From Gemmata obscuriglobus (GTDB lineage: Bacteria; Planctomycetota; Planctomycetia; Gemmatales; Gemmataceae), in NCBI RefSeq assembly GCF_008065095.1, contig NZ_CP042911.1, positions 2,160,001-2,192,000 on the forward strand: a DNA stretch of 32,000 nucleotides, in the 5' to 3' direction. The position numbers and the translations under genes were made by a program. Each line of letters starts with the position of its first letter. The stretch's first letter is position 1. Shown here in pieces: positions 21,704-29,343 of the stretch. The notes under the pieces were generated by a model, which did not search any database, was not told the origin of the DNA, and saw nothing but the letters and a program-made list of their open reading frames with translations.

Positions 21704-22696
21704 ATGCTTTGCACTCGAAGTTCTCGGTGGCGGCGCAATGGGGCCTCTCTGAATTGGGGCGTGCGAGTCGCCTTTACCCTGATCGAGTTGCTGGTGGTGA
21801 TCGCGATCATCGCCATTCTGATCGGGCTCCTGCTTCCCGCCGTTCAGAAGGTGCGTGAGGCGGCGGCCCGGCTGAAGTGCAAGAACAACCTGAAGCAGAT
21901 CGGGCTGGCGCTCCACAACTGCCACGACCGCGGCAGCGCGTTCCCGCCGGGGTACACTTCGACGGCGGCCAACTCCGATGCCGGTCCGGGTTGGGGGTGG
22001 GCCGCGCACCTGCTGCCCGACTTGGAGCAGGACAACCTGCATCGGGGCATCGACTTCACGCAGCCGATCACGGCAGCGGGAAACCACGACGCGGTGCGCC
22101 AGGTGAACGTGCCGTTTTTCCGGTGCCCGTCGGACCCGCGGCAGGAGCCGATTCAGCCGGCAGAATTCACCGCCGCCGCCGGCCTGACCACGCCGCTGGG
22201 GCGCACCAACTACGTCGCGTGCTACGGGAACACGCCGTTTCTGGGCGAGTCCGCGGCCGTTCTGACCACGCACCTCGTTGTTGATGGGGTGAGCGGGAAG
22301 GGCATGTTCTACCGCAACAGCAGGACGCGGATCGCGGACGTGACTGACGGGCTCTCGAATACGCTCGCTGTCGGCGAGAAGAACGCGAAGAACACGATGG
22401 CGACGTGGGTGGGGGTGATTCCGGGCTCGCAGTGGCGCAGCGCGAACGACACCGCGAACTACGGCGGGGTGCCGTCCAACATCGCGGCGGCGAAGGTGCT
22501 GGGGCACGCGTGCCGGCAGCACCCGCCGAGCGCGGAAGCGGGTGTCGCCGAGGACTTCTCGTCGCCCCACATTAACGGCGTCAACATGCTGTTCGCGGAC
22601 GGGTCCGTTCACGCGGTGCGCACGAGCATTGACATGGGCGTGTACCCGTTCACCGCCAGCATTTCCGACGGCCGCGCGCTCAGCATCGATTTCTGA
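21704..22696 (+). CDS. DUF1559 (H-X9-DG) protein with prepilin-type N-terminal cleavage/methylation motif
   Basis: The N-terminus is FTLIELLVVIAIIAILIGLLLPAVQKVREAAARLKCKNNLKQIGLALHN. The C-terminal motifs are TNYVACYG, DVTDGLSNTLAVGE and HINGVNMLFADGSVH. A strong SD AAGGAG at 21692-21697 lies 6 nt before the ATG at 21704. Confidence 0.9.
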   Translation: MLCTRSSRWRRNGASLNWGVRVAFTLIELLVVIAIIAILIGLLLPAVQKVREAAARLKCKNNLKQIGLALHNCHDRGSAFPPGYTSTAANSDAGPGWGWAAHLLPDLEQDNLHRGIDFTQPITAAGNHDAVRQVNVPFFRCPSDPRQEPIQPAEFTAAAGLTTPLGRTNYVACYGNTPFLGESAAVLTTHLVVDGVSGKGMFYRNSRTRIADVTDGLSNTLAVGEKNAKNTMATWVGVIPGSQWRSANDTANYGGVPSNIAAAKVLGHACRQHPPSAEAGVAEDFSSPHINGVNMLFADGSVHAVRTSIDMGVYPFTASISDGRALSIDF

Positions 22697-22703
22697 TCAC
22701 GGC

Positions 22704-22742
22704 CGCCGCGACCATCACGAACGCCGTGTGGTGGTCGCGGCG
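22704..22742 (+). terminator. Hairpin just after the DUF1559 gene stop; candidate terminator
   Basis: An 11-bp stem joins cgccgcgacca (22704-22714) and tggtcgcggcg (22732-22742), with a 17-nt loop. It starts 8 nt after the TGA at 22694-22696 and is followed by tgttgctcgtg. Confidence 0.45.
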
Positions 22743-22827
22743 TGTTGCTCGTGTCTGCTGATAACTGGTCGTGTGCCGGATTGTCCCGACTTCGCGCCGT
22801 CCTACACGGCCTCGCGTGTACGAAGAA

Positions 22828-22890
22828 GATTTTGACAGGATCGACAGGATAAACAGGATCGGCAGAATTAGGACGGATTCTGTCAAAATC
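22828..22890. repeat. Intergenic repeat cassette: 15-bp inverted termini enclosing 9-bp-phased ACAGGAT direct repeats
   Basis: The termini gattttgacaggatc (22828-22842) and gattctgtcaaaatc (22876-22890) are reverse complements with one mismatch. Inside, ACAGGAT occurs at 22835, 22844 and 22853 (9-bp period). Degenerate units gcagaat and gacggat follow. The local G+C is visibly lower than that of the flanks. Confidence 0.7.
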
Positions 22891-23121
22891 TACTTGGCTT
22901 CTCGTCGCGCCGTACCAACCCGATGCGCACTGACTGAGCTTCTGCTCTGATACCCCCTTGCGGTAGAGTTCGAGAGCATTCGTGGGTTGGCGCCAGGGGT
23001 GGTACGCTCTTGTCGGGAGGCGTGTCGCACGTCCGTCACGATCCGGTCTGCCATCGTTTGGCCGTTGCAACTCCCGCTGGAATCGATCACCCGTTTGGGA
23101 GCACGTTGGAAGGTGCGAGTG

Positions 23122-24039
23122 ATGTCTGAGGATAAGACGAATTCCAAGGCCAAACGCGCGCCTCGGGTAAACAGGGCTGATAAGCCGGCTGCCGCGACCG
23201 GCGCGAAAGCCAAGTCGGTAGCGACAGCCGGCGCCGGCGGGCCGTCCGCTTCCCGCCTCATCGACCAGCGGATAAGTGACCTGGGGGGATGGCGCGGGGA
23301 GGCGCTGGCTCGGGTGCGGGCGCTGATCCTGCAAGCCGATCCCCAGGTGACCGAAGAGTGGAAGTGGAACAATCCGGTTTGGTCCCATCACGGCATCGTC
23401 TGTACCGGTGAGGCGTACACAAAGGCCGTAAAGCTCACGTTCGCCCGCGGTGCCAGCGTCCCGGACCCGTCGCGGCTCTTCAATTCCAGCCTGGAAGGCA
23501 ACACCCGAAGAGCGATCGATATTCACGAAGGCGAAGAGGTTGATGGGGATGCGTTCAAAGCGCTTGTCGCCGCCGCAATCGCTCAGAACCTGACATCGGT
23601 GAAAAAAGCACGATCGGGTGCGCATGAGGTCGGCCCGGTGAAACTCCTTTCGGGCGGAAACCCGCAGATTGCGAAGGGAGACGGTGACGCCCCGGTGCAG
23701 GCGTACATCGCCGCAATGCCGGGTTGGAAGCACGACATCGGCCGCTGGATCGACGCGCTCGTCGTCCGGGCGGTGCCCGGCGTGTGCAAAGCCGTGAAGT
23801 GGAACTCGCCGTTTTACGGCGTCGCAGGACGAGGTTGGTTTCTGAGCGTCCACTGCCTGACGAAGTACGTCAAGGTGACCTTCTTTCGGGGGCTCTCGTT
23901 GCAACCCGTTCCCTCCGGTGGCACGCCGAAGAGCAAGGACGCACGCTGGATCGACATCTACGAAGGCGACGCGCTCGATGAGGCGCAGATGACGGCCTGG
24001 GTGGAACAGGCGGCGGCGTTGCCCGGCTGGGCGCCTTGA
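23122..24039 (+). CDS. Tandem DUF1801 (YdhG-like) domain protein
   Basis: The track ORF starts at 22987. I prefer the ATG at 23122, which has GGAAGG ~10 nt upstream. There are two DUF1801-like units: EEWKWNNPVWSHHGIVCTGEAYTKAVKLTFARGASV...AIDIHEGEEVD and KAVKWNSPFYGVAGRGWFLSVHCLTKYVKVTFFRGLSL...WIDIYEGDALD. The N-terminal ~45 aa are Lys/Ala-rich. Confidence 0.7.
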   Translation: MSEDKTNSKAKRAPRVNRADKPAAATGAKAKSVATAGAGGPSASRLIDQRISDLGGWRGEALARVRALILQADPQVTEEWKWNNPVWSHHGIVCTGEAYTKAVKLTFARGASVPDPSRLFNSSLEGNTRRAIDIHEGEEVDGDAFKALVAAAIAQNLTSVKKARSGAHEVGPVKLLSGGNPQIAKGDGDAPVQAYIAAMPGWKHDIGRWIDALVVRAVPGVCKAVKWNSPFYGVAGRGWFLSVHCLTKYVKVTFFRGLSLQPVPSGGTPKSKDARWIDIYEGDALDEAQMTAWVEQAAALPGWAP

Positions 24040-24160
24040 AGGTTTTTGCTCGGCAGATTGTTGGTGCTTCGGGGCTTATTGCGGGCGCGGGCGTCCTGGT
24101 GGCCGAAAAGGGCGGCGCTGACGCGATCCGTGCCGCGCGGGCGTGAGGCGAAATGAGTTG

Positions 24161-24203
24161 GGCCGGTGCAGGCGGCACGATGTGACGCGCGCCTGCACCG
24201 GCC
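24161..24203. terminator. Hairpin between convergent genes; candidate bidirectional terminator
   Basis: A perfect 14-bp stem joins ggccggtgcaggcg (24161-24174) and cgcctgcaccggcc (24190-24203), with a 15-nt loop. An outer 7-bp pairing joins cgtgagg (24142-24148) and cctcacg (24203-24209). It lies between the stops at 24039 (+) and 24263 (-). Confidence 0.6.
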
Positions 24204-24262
24204 CTCACGATATCCAATTGCGACCGCCTCTGGCCTCGTGCCCGCCGGTCGCCTGGGGCGGG

Positions 24263-27241
24263 TTACTTTTCGCCCTCTTTCTTTTCGCCCTCTTTCTTTT
24301 CGCGGGGCGCCGGCGTCGCGTCAGGAGAGCCCTTCGGTTCGGTTTTGGCCGGCGGGGGCGTGGTCGTTTTGTTTTCGGGCGCCGGCGGGGCGGGTTTCGG
24401 GGCGACCGGGCCGGCCGGCTTCGGCAGTGCGGATAGCGGGGCGGCCGTGTTGACGTCCGCGAGATCTGCCATGTCACCGCCGGCGCGCGTGCCGAGCGCC
24501 AGAAGAACTTTCTTGTCCACGTTGGCGGGGACGAACCGCACCGACCCGTCTCCCATGAGCGCGTATGTACCGGGTTTGCCGCCGTTGGCGTGGCGGAACC
24601 CGGCCATGGGGTCGTCCTCGTTGAACCCGCGGACCGTCGCGCCGCCGCCCGCGATCCACGGCTGCTGCAACCCCGGCGGGGTCTGCATCAGGTAGATCGT
24701 GTTCGCCAGCCCGTCGGTCACGTCCTCGGCGCGCGAGCCCCAGTTGTACCCGGTCATCCCCAACTTCTTCTTCACCTCCGGGTCCGACGAGTTCGGGTCG
24801 AGCCGGGCCGCGTTCAGGCCGGTGCCGGCGATCGCGACGTAGTTGGTGGCGCCGAACGTGTGGTCCGGGGCGTACGGGCTGGTGGCCCGCCACGCCGACT
24901 GCGGGTACGAGGGGACCAGCAGTTCGGGTATCCATTCGCCGCCCGGGGTCACGTTGTCCACGCGCTTGCGGGGCGGGACCGTCGGGTTGTTCGGGTCCAC
25001 GGGGTCGTACTCCAGGGCGTACCACGCGGCGTTCCGGTCGATCTGGCCCGCCAGGCTGCCGCGCCCGAGGTGCGGCAGCAGTTCGGCGAACAGGCTGACG
25101 CGCTGGATCGGCGGGTACTCCAGCCCGAGGCGGGCCGGATCGGATTTCGCCCGGTCCCAGGTGCCGCGCGGGGTCGTTTTGGCCGTGCTCAGCACCCGCG
25201 GCGCGACCGTCGCGAGGGCGTGCAGGCCCGCTTCGCCCGAGAACACCGCCACCTTACCCTTGATCTGGTTCGCGATGCCGATCACCCGCGGCGCGACCGT
25301 GGTGCGGTACGTGAAGTCGTTCCAGAACAGGTCAATCGCGATCAGCAATTGATCGTCCCGGTGGTACAGGTCGAAGTGCGACGGCGGGAGTGCCGGGGCC
25401 TCGCCGCCGGGTAGGACGCCCCCCGGCCCCATGCTGCCGGGCATAGCTCCTGGCCCCATGCTCCCAGACCCCATGCCCCCCGGCATGGCGCCCGGCCCCA
25501 TGCTCCCAGACCCGAGGCCCCCCGGCCCCATGCGACCTGGGCCAGCGCCCCCCGGCCCCATGCTGCCCGGATTGATCCGGCCCGGCCCGATACCGCCCGG
25601 GGGCGTGCGGCCTTCTTCCCCGTCGCCACCGGGGCCGAAGCGGCCCGGCCCGGCGCCGGGGAACCCGCTACCCGGAGGCATCCCGGGGAGGCCGTTGCCC
25701 GGTTGGCCGGTGCCGGGGAAGCCGCCGCCGGCCACCGTGTAGTCGCGGAACTCGACCGGGGTGGTCAGGTACAGCTTGAACAGCTCGGTGACCATCGTCA
25801 GCCCCGGCGCGACCTTCTCTTTAGCCAGGGTCCGCGCGTCGGCCACGTCGGCGAGCGTGAGCTGCACGTTCGCGGCGAACTGCTGGTAGCCGAACGCGGT
25901 CACGTTCGCGGCGATGTACCGCAGCCGCGACGCGATCGGGTCGAGCGTGGTCGCGAGGATCTGGTACTCCTTCTTCAGCAGCTTCGGGTCGTACTGGCGG
26001 GCGTCGAACTTCTCGGCGTACACCAGCACCGTGCGGGCGGCGCGGTCGGCCTCCATGTCGTCAAGGGCCCGCTTGAGCGTCGGCTCGATGGTGCGGTAGG
26101 CGTTGATCGTGGAGGACGTTTGGGCGCCAGACGCCGGTTGCTTCGCCGGAGGCTTCGGCTGCGGCTGTGTGGGGGCGGGTTCCGGTGCGGGGGCCGGTGC
26201 CCCGTCCGTCGGCGGCGTGCTGGGCGGCGTGGCCGGGACCACCAGCACGTCCAGGTCGCTCTTGAACGGAGGGTAGCCGTTGGCGTCGAGTTCGCCGAGG
26301 AACCGCTCGAGCAGCCCGTAATCGCCGACGAGGACGTGTTGGGTGTCGAGGACGCACACGCCGTGGGGCTTGTCCTTCGGCGGGGCCGCGGCGGCCGGCG
26401 GGAGGGCGGAGTACAGGTCCCCGAACAGCGACCGCATCGCCACTGCGTGCGAAATCGCGTGCAGCAGCGGGGCCGAACGGAACTCGTGCAGGTCGCGGCC
26501 CTTGACCGCCTTGGGCGCGGACTTCAGCGGCATCTTCGCCAGCCGGTCCGCTGCCTTTGCCGGGCTCTTGAGCTTGATGACGCCGAACGGGTCGCGGCCG
26601 TCGCCGGCGACGCAGTGGATGTAGGTGTCCACGTCGTCCGGGTTGAACCCGAGCGTGCCATTGAACAGCGCCGTCATCGGTTGGTCGACCAGCGCCGCGT
26701 ACACCGGCCCGCCGCGCAACTGATCCACGTTGATCCGGTACACGGCCACCGCCTGCCCGGGGAGCAGGTTGGAAGTCACCTTGTCGCTGGACGGGACCGA
26801 CGGTGTGACCGGGGCGCTCGTCTTTTCCTTGTTGCCGTCCTCGGGTTGCGTCTCTTCGGGAGACGCCGAACCGGTTCTGCTGGGGCCGGAGCCCACCGCG
26901 AACGGGTCCTTTTTCGGCTTCTTGCCGTCGCCCCCGAGGAACGCGACCGCGCCGCCGATGAGCACCACCAGCGCGACCACCCCGGCGACGATCGGCACCA
27001 GCTTCTTGTTCTTCCCGCCCCCGCCGGATTTGGCCTTCTTCTCGGCCTTCTTGTCTTTCTCTTTGGCGGCGTCTTTGTCTTTGGTCGGATCGGCGCCGGC
27101 CGCAGCGACCTCAGCGGCCGGCTCTTCGACCTTGAACCGGTACTTGCACTTCGGGCATTCGACCTTGGTGCCGACGAGGTTCGGATTCTTGATGAGAACC
27201 GGGGCCTCGCAGCTCGGACACTGGACCTTGAAACTCGGCAT
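24263..27241 (-). CDS. Large membrane protein: N-terminal MJ0042-type zinc ribbon, one TM helix, unknown ~480-aa domain, Gly/Pro/Met-rich repeat linker, DUF1559-like C-terminal domain
   Basis: The protein is 992 aa. The zinc ribbon is MPSFKVQCPSCEAPVLIKNPNLVGTKVECPKCKYRFKV (CxxC...CxxC). A Lys/Asp-rich tract follows, then the TM helix LVPIVAGVVALVVLIGGAVAFLG. The GP-rich block contains ...GPGRMGPGGLGSGSMGPGAMPGGMGSGSMGPGAMPGSMGPGG... The C-terminal motifs TNYVAIAG, DVTDGLANTIYLMQ and GTYALMGDGSVRFV parallel TNYVACYG, DVTDGLSNTLAVGE and NMLFADGSVH of the DUF1559 gene at 21704. The tail is KKEGEKKEGEK. Confidence 0.85.
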   Translation of the reverse strand: MPSFKVQCPSCEAPVLIKNPNLVGTKVECPKCKYRFKVEEPAAEVAAAGADPTKDKDAAKEKDKKAEKKAKSGGGGKNKKLVPIVAGVVALVVLIGGAVAFLGGDGKKPKKDPFAVGSGPSRTGSASPEETQPEDGNKEKTSAPVTPSVPSSDKVTSNLLPGQAVAVYRINVDQLRGGPVYAALVDQPMTALFNGTLGFNPDDVDTYIHCVAGDGRDPFGVIKLKSPAKAADRLAKMPLKSAPKAVKGRDLHEFRSAPLLHAISHAVAMRSLFGDLYSALPPAAAAPPKDKPHGVCVLDTQHVLVGDYGLLERFLGELDANGYPPFKSDLDVLVVPATPPSTPPTDGAPAPAPEPAPTQPQPKPPAKQPASGAQTSSTINAYRTIEPTLKRALDDMEADRAARTVLVYAEKFDARQYDPKLLKKEYQILATTLDPIASRLRYIAANVTAFGYQQFAANVQLTLADVADARTLAKEKVAPGLTMVTELFKLYLTTPVEFRDYTVAGGGFPGTGQPGNGLPGMPPGSGFPGAGPGRFGPGGDGEEGRTPPGGIGPGRINPGSMGPGGAGPGRMGPGGLGSGSMGPGAMPGGMGSGSMGPGAMPGSMGPGGVLPGGEAPALPPSHFDLYHRDDQLLIAIDLFWNDFTYRTTVAPRVIGIANQIKGKVAVFSGEAGLHALATVAPRVLSTAKTTPRGTWDRAKSDPARLGLEYPPIQRVSLFAELLPHLGRGSLAGQIDRNAAWYALEYDPVDPNNPTVPPRKRVDNVTPGGEWIPELLVPSYPQSAWRATSPYAPDHTFGATNYVAIAGTGLNAARLDPNSSDPEVKKKLGMTGYNWGSRAEDVTDGLANTIYLMQTPPGLQQPWIAGGGATVRGFNEDDPMAGFRHANGGKPGTYALMGDGSVRFVPANVDKKVLLALGTRAGGDMADLADVNTAAPLSALPKPAGPVAPKPAPPAPENKTTTPPPAKTEPKGSPDATPAPREKKEGEKKEGEK
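25400..25735 (-). repeat. In-frame low-complexity / tandem repeat DNA encoding the Gly-Pro-Met-rich linker of the 992-aa protein
   Basis: The 20-mer ggccccatgctcccagaccc occurs twice, at 25452 and 25493 (~41-42-nt period, coding GSGSMGPGAMPG). The core ccggccccatgc recurs at about 25424, 25492, 25523 and 25553. All copies are coding, not a CRISPR or satellite. Confidence 0.8.
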
Positions 27242-27623
27242 GGAGCGCTCCCGCAGTGCCGCCGGTTGGGATTGGTTGAGGCGTGAGGTGCCGTGCCCTC
27301 ATCTTAGTGGTTCGGGCGCGAGGGGTGCAAAGGGTTTTGTCGCCGCTTGATACCGAAATCGCCGGGACGGCCGGTACCGCATGCCCGTGCCGGCGAGAGC
27401 GGGGGCGGATCGCGTCCCTTGTTCGAGGGAGGGTTCCTACGAACGAGCGGACCACGGGTGTGGCAATCTCGGTCGGCGGTAGCGGACGGGCGGGGGCGGT
27501 GCCCGGAAACTCCCGCGGGTTGTACTTTTTCTCTTCACACCCGCACCGCTCACACTATCCTGTTCCTCACGTGCGCCGATACGGCGCGCCCGCCCCGGGG
27601 CCGACGCCGCGGAGTGAAGAGCC

Positions 27624-28469
27624 ATGCGTTCCCCGCTCAAGGGGCTGTTCGACCGACTGCGGCCGCGGCAGTACGGGCGGCGCGAGCCGCTCGTGCTCAT
27701 CAACGGCCTGGCCGAACAAGCCGAATCGTGGTACCGCAACCGCAAGTTCTGGTCGCGGTACTTCGAAGTGCTGACGCCCAACATCCTCGCCTACGAGGGC
27801 GACGCGCTCCACGCGCGCATCAACGCCAAACAGCCCGTCACCGTCGAATATCTTGTTGAGCAACTCCACACGTACCTGACGCAGTTCGTTCAGACGCCGC
27901 CGTACCACCTCGTCGCCAGCAGCCTCGGCGGCAAGGTCGCGGTCGAGTTCGCGGCCAAGTACCCCCAGCTCGTGAACCGGGTGGTGCTCCTGTGCCCGTC
28001 CGGGATGGGCGACAAGGAGCAGCTGCCCATCATTGAGGGCGTCGTCGGTCGCAACGCCCGCGCGATGGTGGAGAGCGTGTTCCACAAGCCCCGGCGGGCC
28101 GACGGCGGGCTGCTCCGCTACTACCGGTCGAAGTTCGCGAACCGCAAGTGGCAGAAGGGGTTCATCCGGTCCGTGCGCGGGACGCTCGACCACGTCGTGC
28201 GCGACAAGATGAGGCTGGTGACGGCGCCGACCCTGCTGGTCACCGCGTCGGGCGATAAGGTGTGCGACCCTCAGACGGCCGAGGACGCCGCCCGCGAACT
28301 GCCCAACGGCCACTTCCGCAAGATCGAGCGGTGCGGGCACGCGCCGCACATCGAGAAGCACTGGTTGATCAACCGACTGGTCGTAGACTTCCTCAGTTCG
28401 ACGCGACCCACCGCGCACCCGTCGTGGACCAAACTCATCCTGGCGAAGGCCCCCCGAGCGAGCAAATGA
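27624..28469 (+). CDS. Alpha/beta-fold hydrolase
   Basis: The protein is 281 aa. The motifs are an oxyanion-region LVLINGL, a nucleophile elbow LVASSLGG, a late acid SGDKV and a catalytic His in ERCGHAPHIEKH. The stop overlaps the next start (ATGA at 28466-28469). Confidence 0.8.
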   Translation: MRSPLKGLFDRLRPRQYGRREPLVLINGLAEQAESWYRNRKFWSRYFEVLTPNILAYEGDALHARINAKQPVTVEYLVEQLHTYLTQFVQTPPYHLVASSLGGKVAVEFAAKYPQLVNRVVLLCPSGMGDKEQLPIIEGVVGRNARAMVESVFHKPRRADGGLLRYYRSKFANRKWQKGFIRSVRGTLDHVVRDKMRLVTAPTLLVTASGDKVCDPQTAEDAARELPNGHFRKIERCGHAPHIEKHWLINRLVVDFLSSTRPTAHPSWTKLILAKAPRASK

Positions 28470-29185
28470 CGCCATCCATCGTGCCGCCGCAGCCGGCGAC
28501 CGCCGCCCCGCTCCCGCCCGCCGCGCCGGCGCACACCCCGCCGGACCTGGGGGCAGCGGGGCGGACCAACCCGAACCCGCCGGCCTCCGCGCCGAAGGGG
28601 CCGGACTGGTGGCTCATGATGCGGGCGTTCCTCACGCAGGGTAAGCGGATCGCGTCGTTCGCGCCCAGCTCCCGGTTCATGGCCCGCAAGCTCCTCGACG
28701 GCATCGACTGGGCGCACGCCCGGTCCATCGTCGAGTTGGGCGCCGGGACCGGGCCGATCACCGCGGAACTGGTCCGGCTCGCGCACCCGAAGGCGCGGCT
28801 GGTGGTGATCGAACTGGACCCGGTGCTGTGCGGCCGGCTCCAGGCGCGGTTCCGCGAGTCGCCGAACGTCGAGGTGGTGCTCGGTGACGCGACGAAGTTC
28901 GGCGAGATCCTCGCCGCCCGCGGCATCCCCAAGGTCGACCACGTGCTGTCCGGGCTGCCGCTCCCGTCGTTCCCGGCCGCGGCCCGCGACGCGATCCTGG
29001 AAACGTCGGCCAAGACCATCAGCGCCGGCGGGACGTTCCGCCAGCTCACCGTGATGCCGCTGATCTACTACAAGATGTACCGCCGGTACTTCGAGGACGT
29101 GCGGTTCCGGTTCGTGCCGTTCAACCTGCCCCCGGGCGGCGTGTACGTGTGCCGCGGGTACCGCGGGGCGCAGCCCGCAAAGTAG
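28466..29185 (+). CDS. Class I SAM-dependent methyltransferase, COG3963 / phospholipid-N-methyltransferase-like
   Basis: The track ORF starts at 28262 inside the hydrolase gene. I prefer the ATG at 28466. After a Pro/Ala-rich N-terminus the sequence reads MMRAFLTQGKRIASFAPSSRFMARKLLDGIDWAHARSIVELGAGTGPITAELV (SAM motif I, E/DxGxGxG), then VVIELD and VLGDA. Confidence 0.75.
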   Translation: MTPSIVPPQPATAAPLPPAAPAHTPPDLGAAGRTNPNPPASAPKGPDWWLMMRAFLTQGKRIASFAPSSRFMARKLLDGIDWAHARSIVELGAGTGPITAELVRLAHPKARLVVIELDPVLCGRLQARFRESPNVEVVLGDATKFGEILAARGIPKVDHVLSGLPLPSFPAAARDAILETSAKTISAGGTFRQLTVMPLIYYKMYRRYFEDVRFRFVPFNLPPGGVYVCRGYRGAQPAK

Positions 29186-29202
29186 CTCGCACAGAAGACC
29201 AA

Positions 29203-29326
29203 AAAAGAGTGTTTACCGCAGAGGGCACGAGAGGGCGCAGAGAGAAAGACATTGAGAGTTTGAAGAACAATCTCTCTTAGTTTTCTCTCTGCGCCCTCTT
29301 GTGCCCTCTGCGGTGAACACTCTTTT
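29203..29326. repeat. ~124-bp near-perfect palindromic intergenic element (REP/MITE-like, or a long terminator hairpin)
   Basis: The left arm is aaaagagtgtttaccgcagagggcacgagagggcgcagagagaaa (29203-29247). The right arm is tttctctctgcgccctcttgtgccctctgcggtgaacactctttt (29282-29326). The arms are 45 nt with two mismatches, both compatible with G-U pairing in the + strand RNA fold. The central 34 nt hold a further gagag/ctctc pair. The element lies between the methyltransferase stop (29185) and the GH3 start (29344). Confidence 0.8.
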
Positions 29327-29343
29327 GTATTGGGTTGCCCCAT

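Noticed and set aside
25431-25560. Regularly spaced repeats that could suggest a CRISPR array or satellite (also the 15-bp repeat at 24266-24295)
   Set aside because: The repeats are in frame inside the 992-aa CDS and encode Gly/Pro/Met and KKEGE low-complexity peptide. There is no unique-spacer architecture and no cas genes.
25703-27286. The + strand ORF of 527 aa, and the other shadow ORFs inside 24263..27241
   Set aside because: They are antisense to, or out of frame with, the 992-aa gene, which has a zinc ribbon, a TM helix and DUF1559-like motifs. The shadows have no motifs.
27242-27623. A possible riboswitch or leader RNA in the 382-bp divergent spacer upstream of the hydrolase gene
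   Set aside because: The spacer contains small hairpins (for example cttgttcg ... cgaacgag around 27418-27450). I could not match any riboswitch consensus I know (TPP, cobalamin, SAM, FMN, glycine, c-di-GMP, guanidine), so I left it uncalled.
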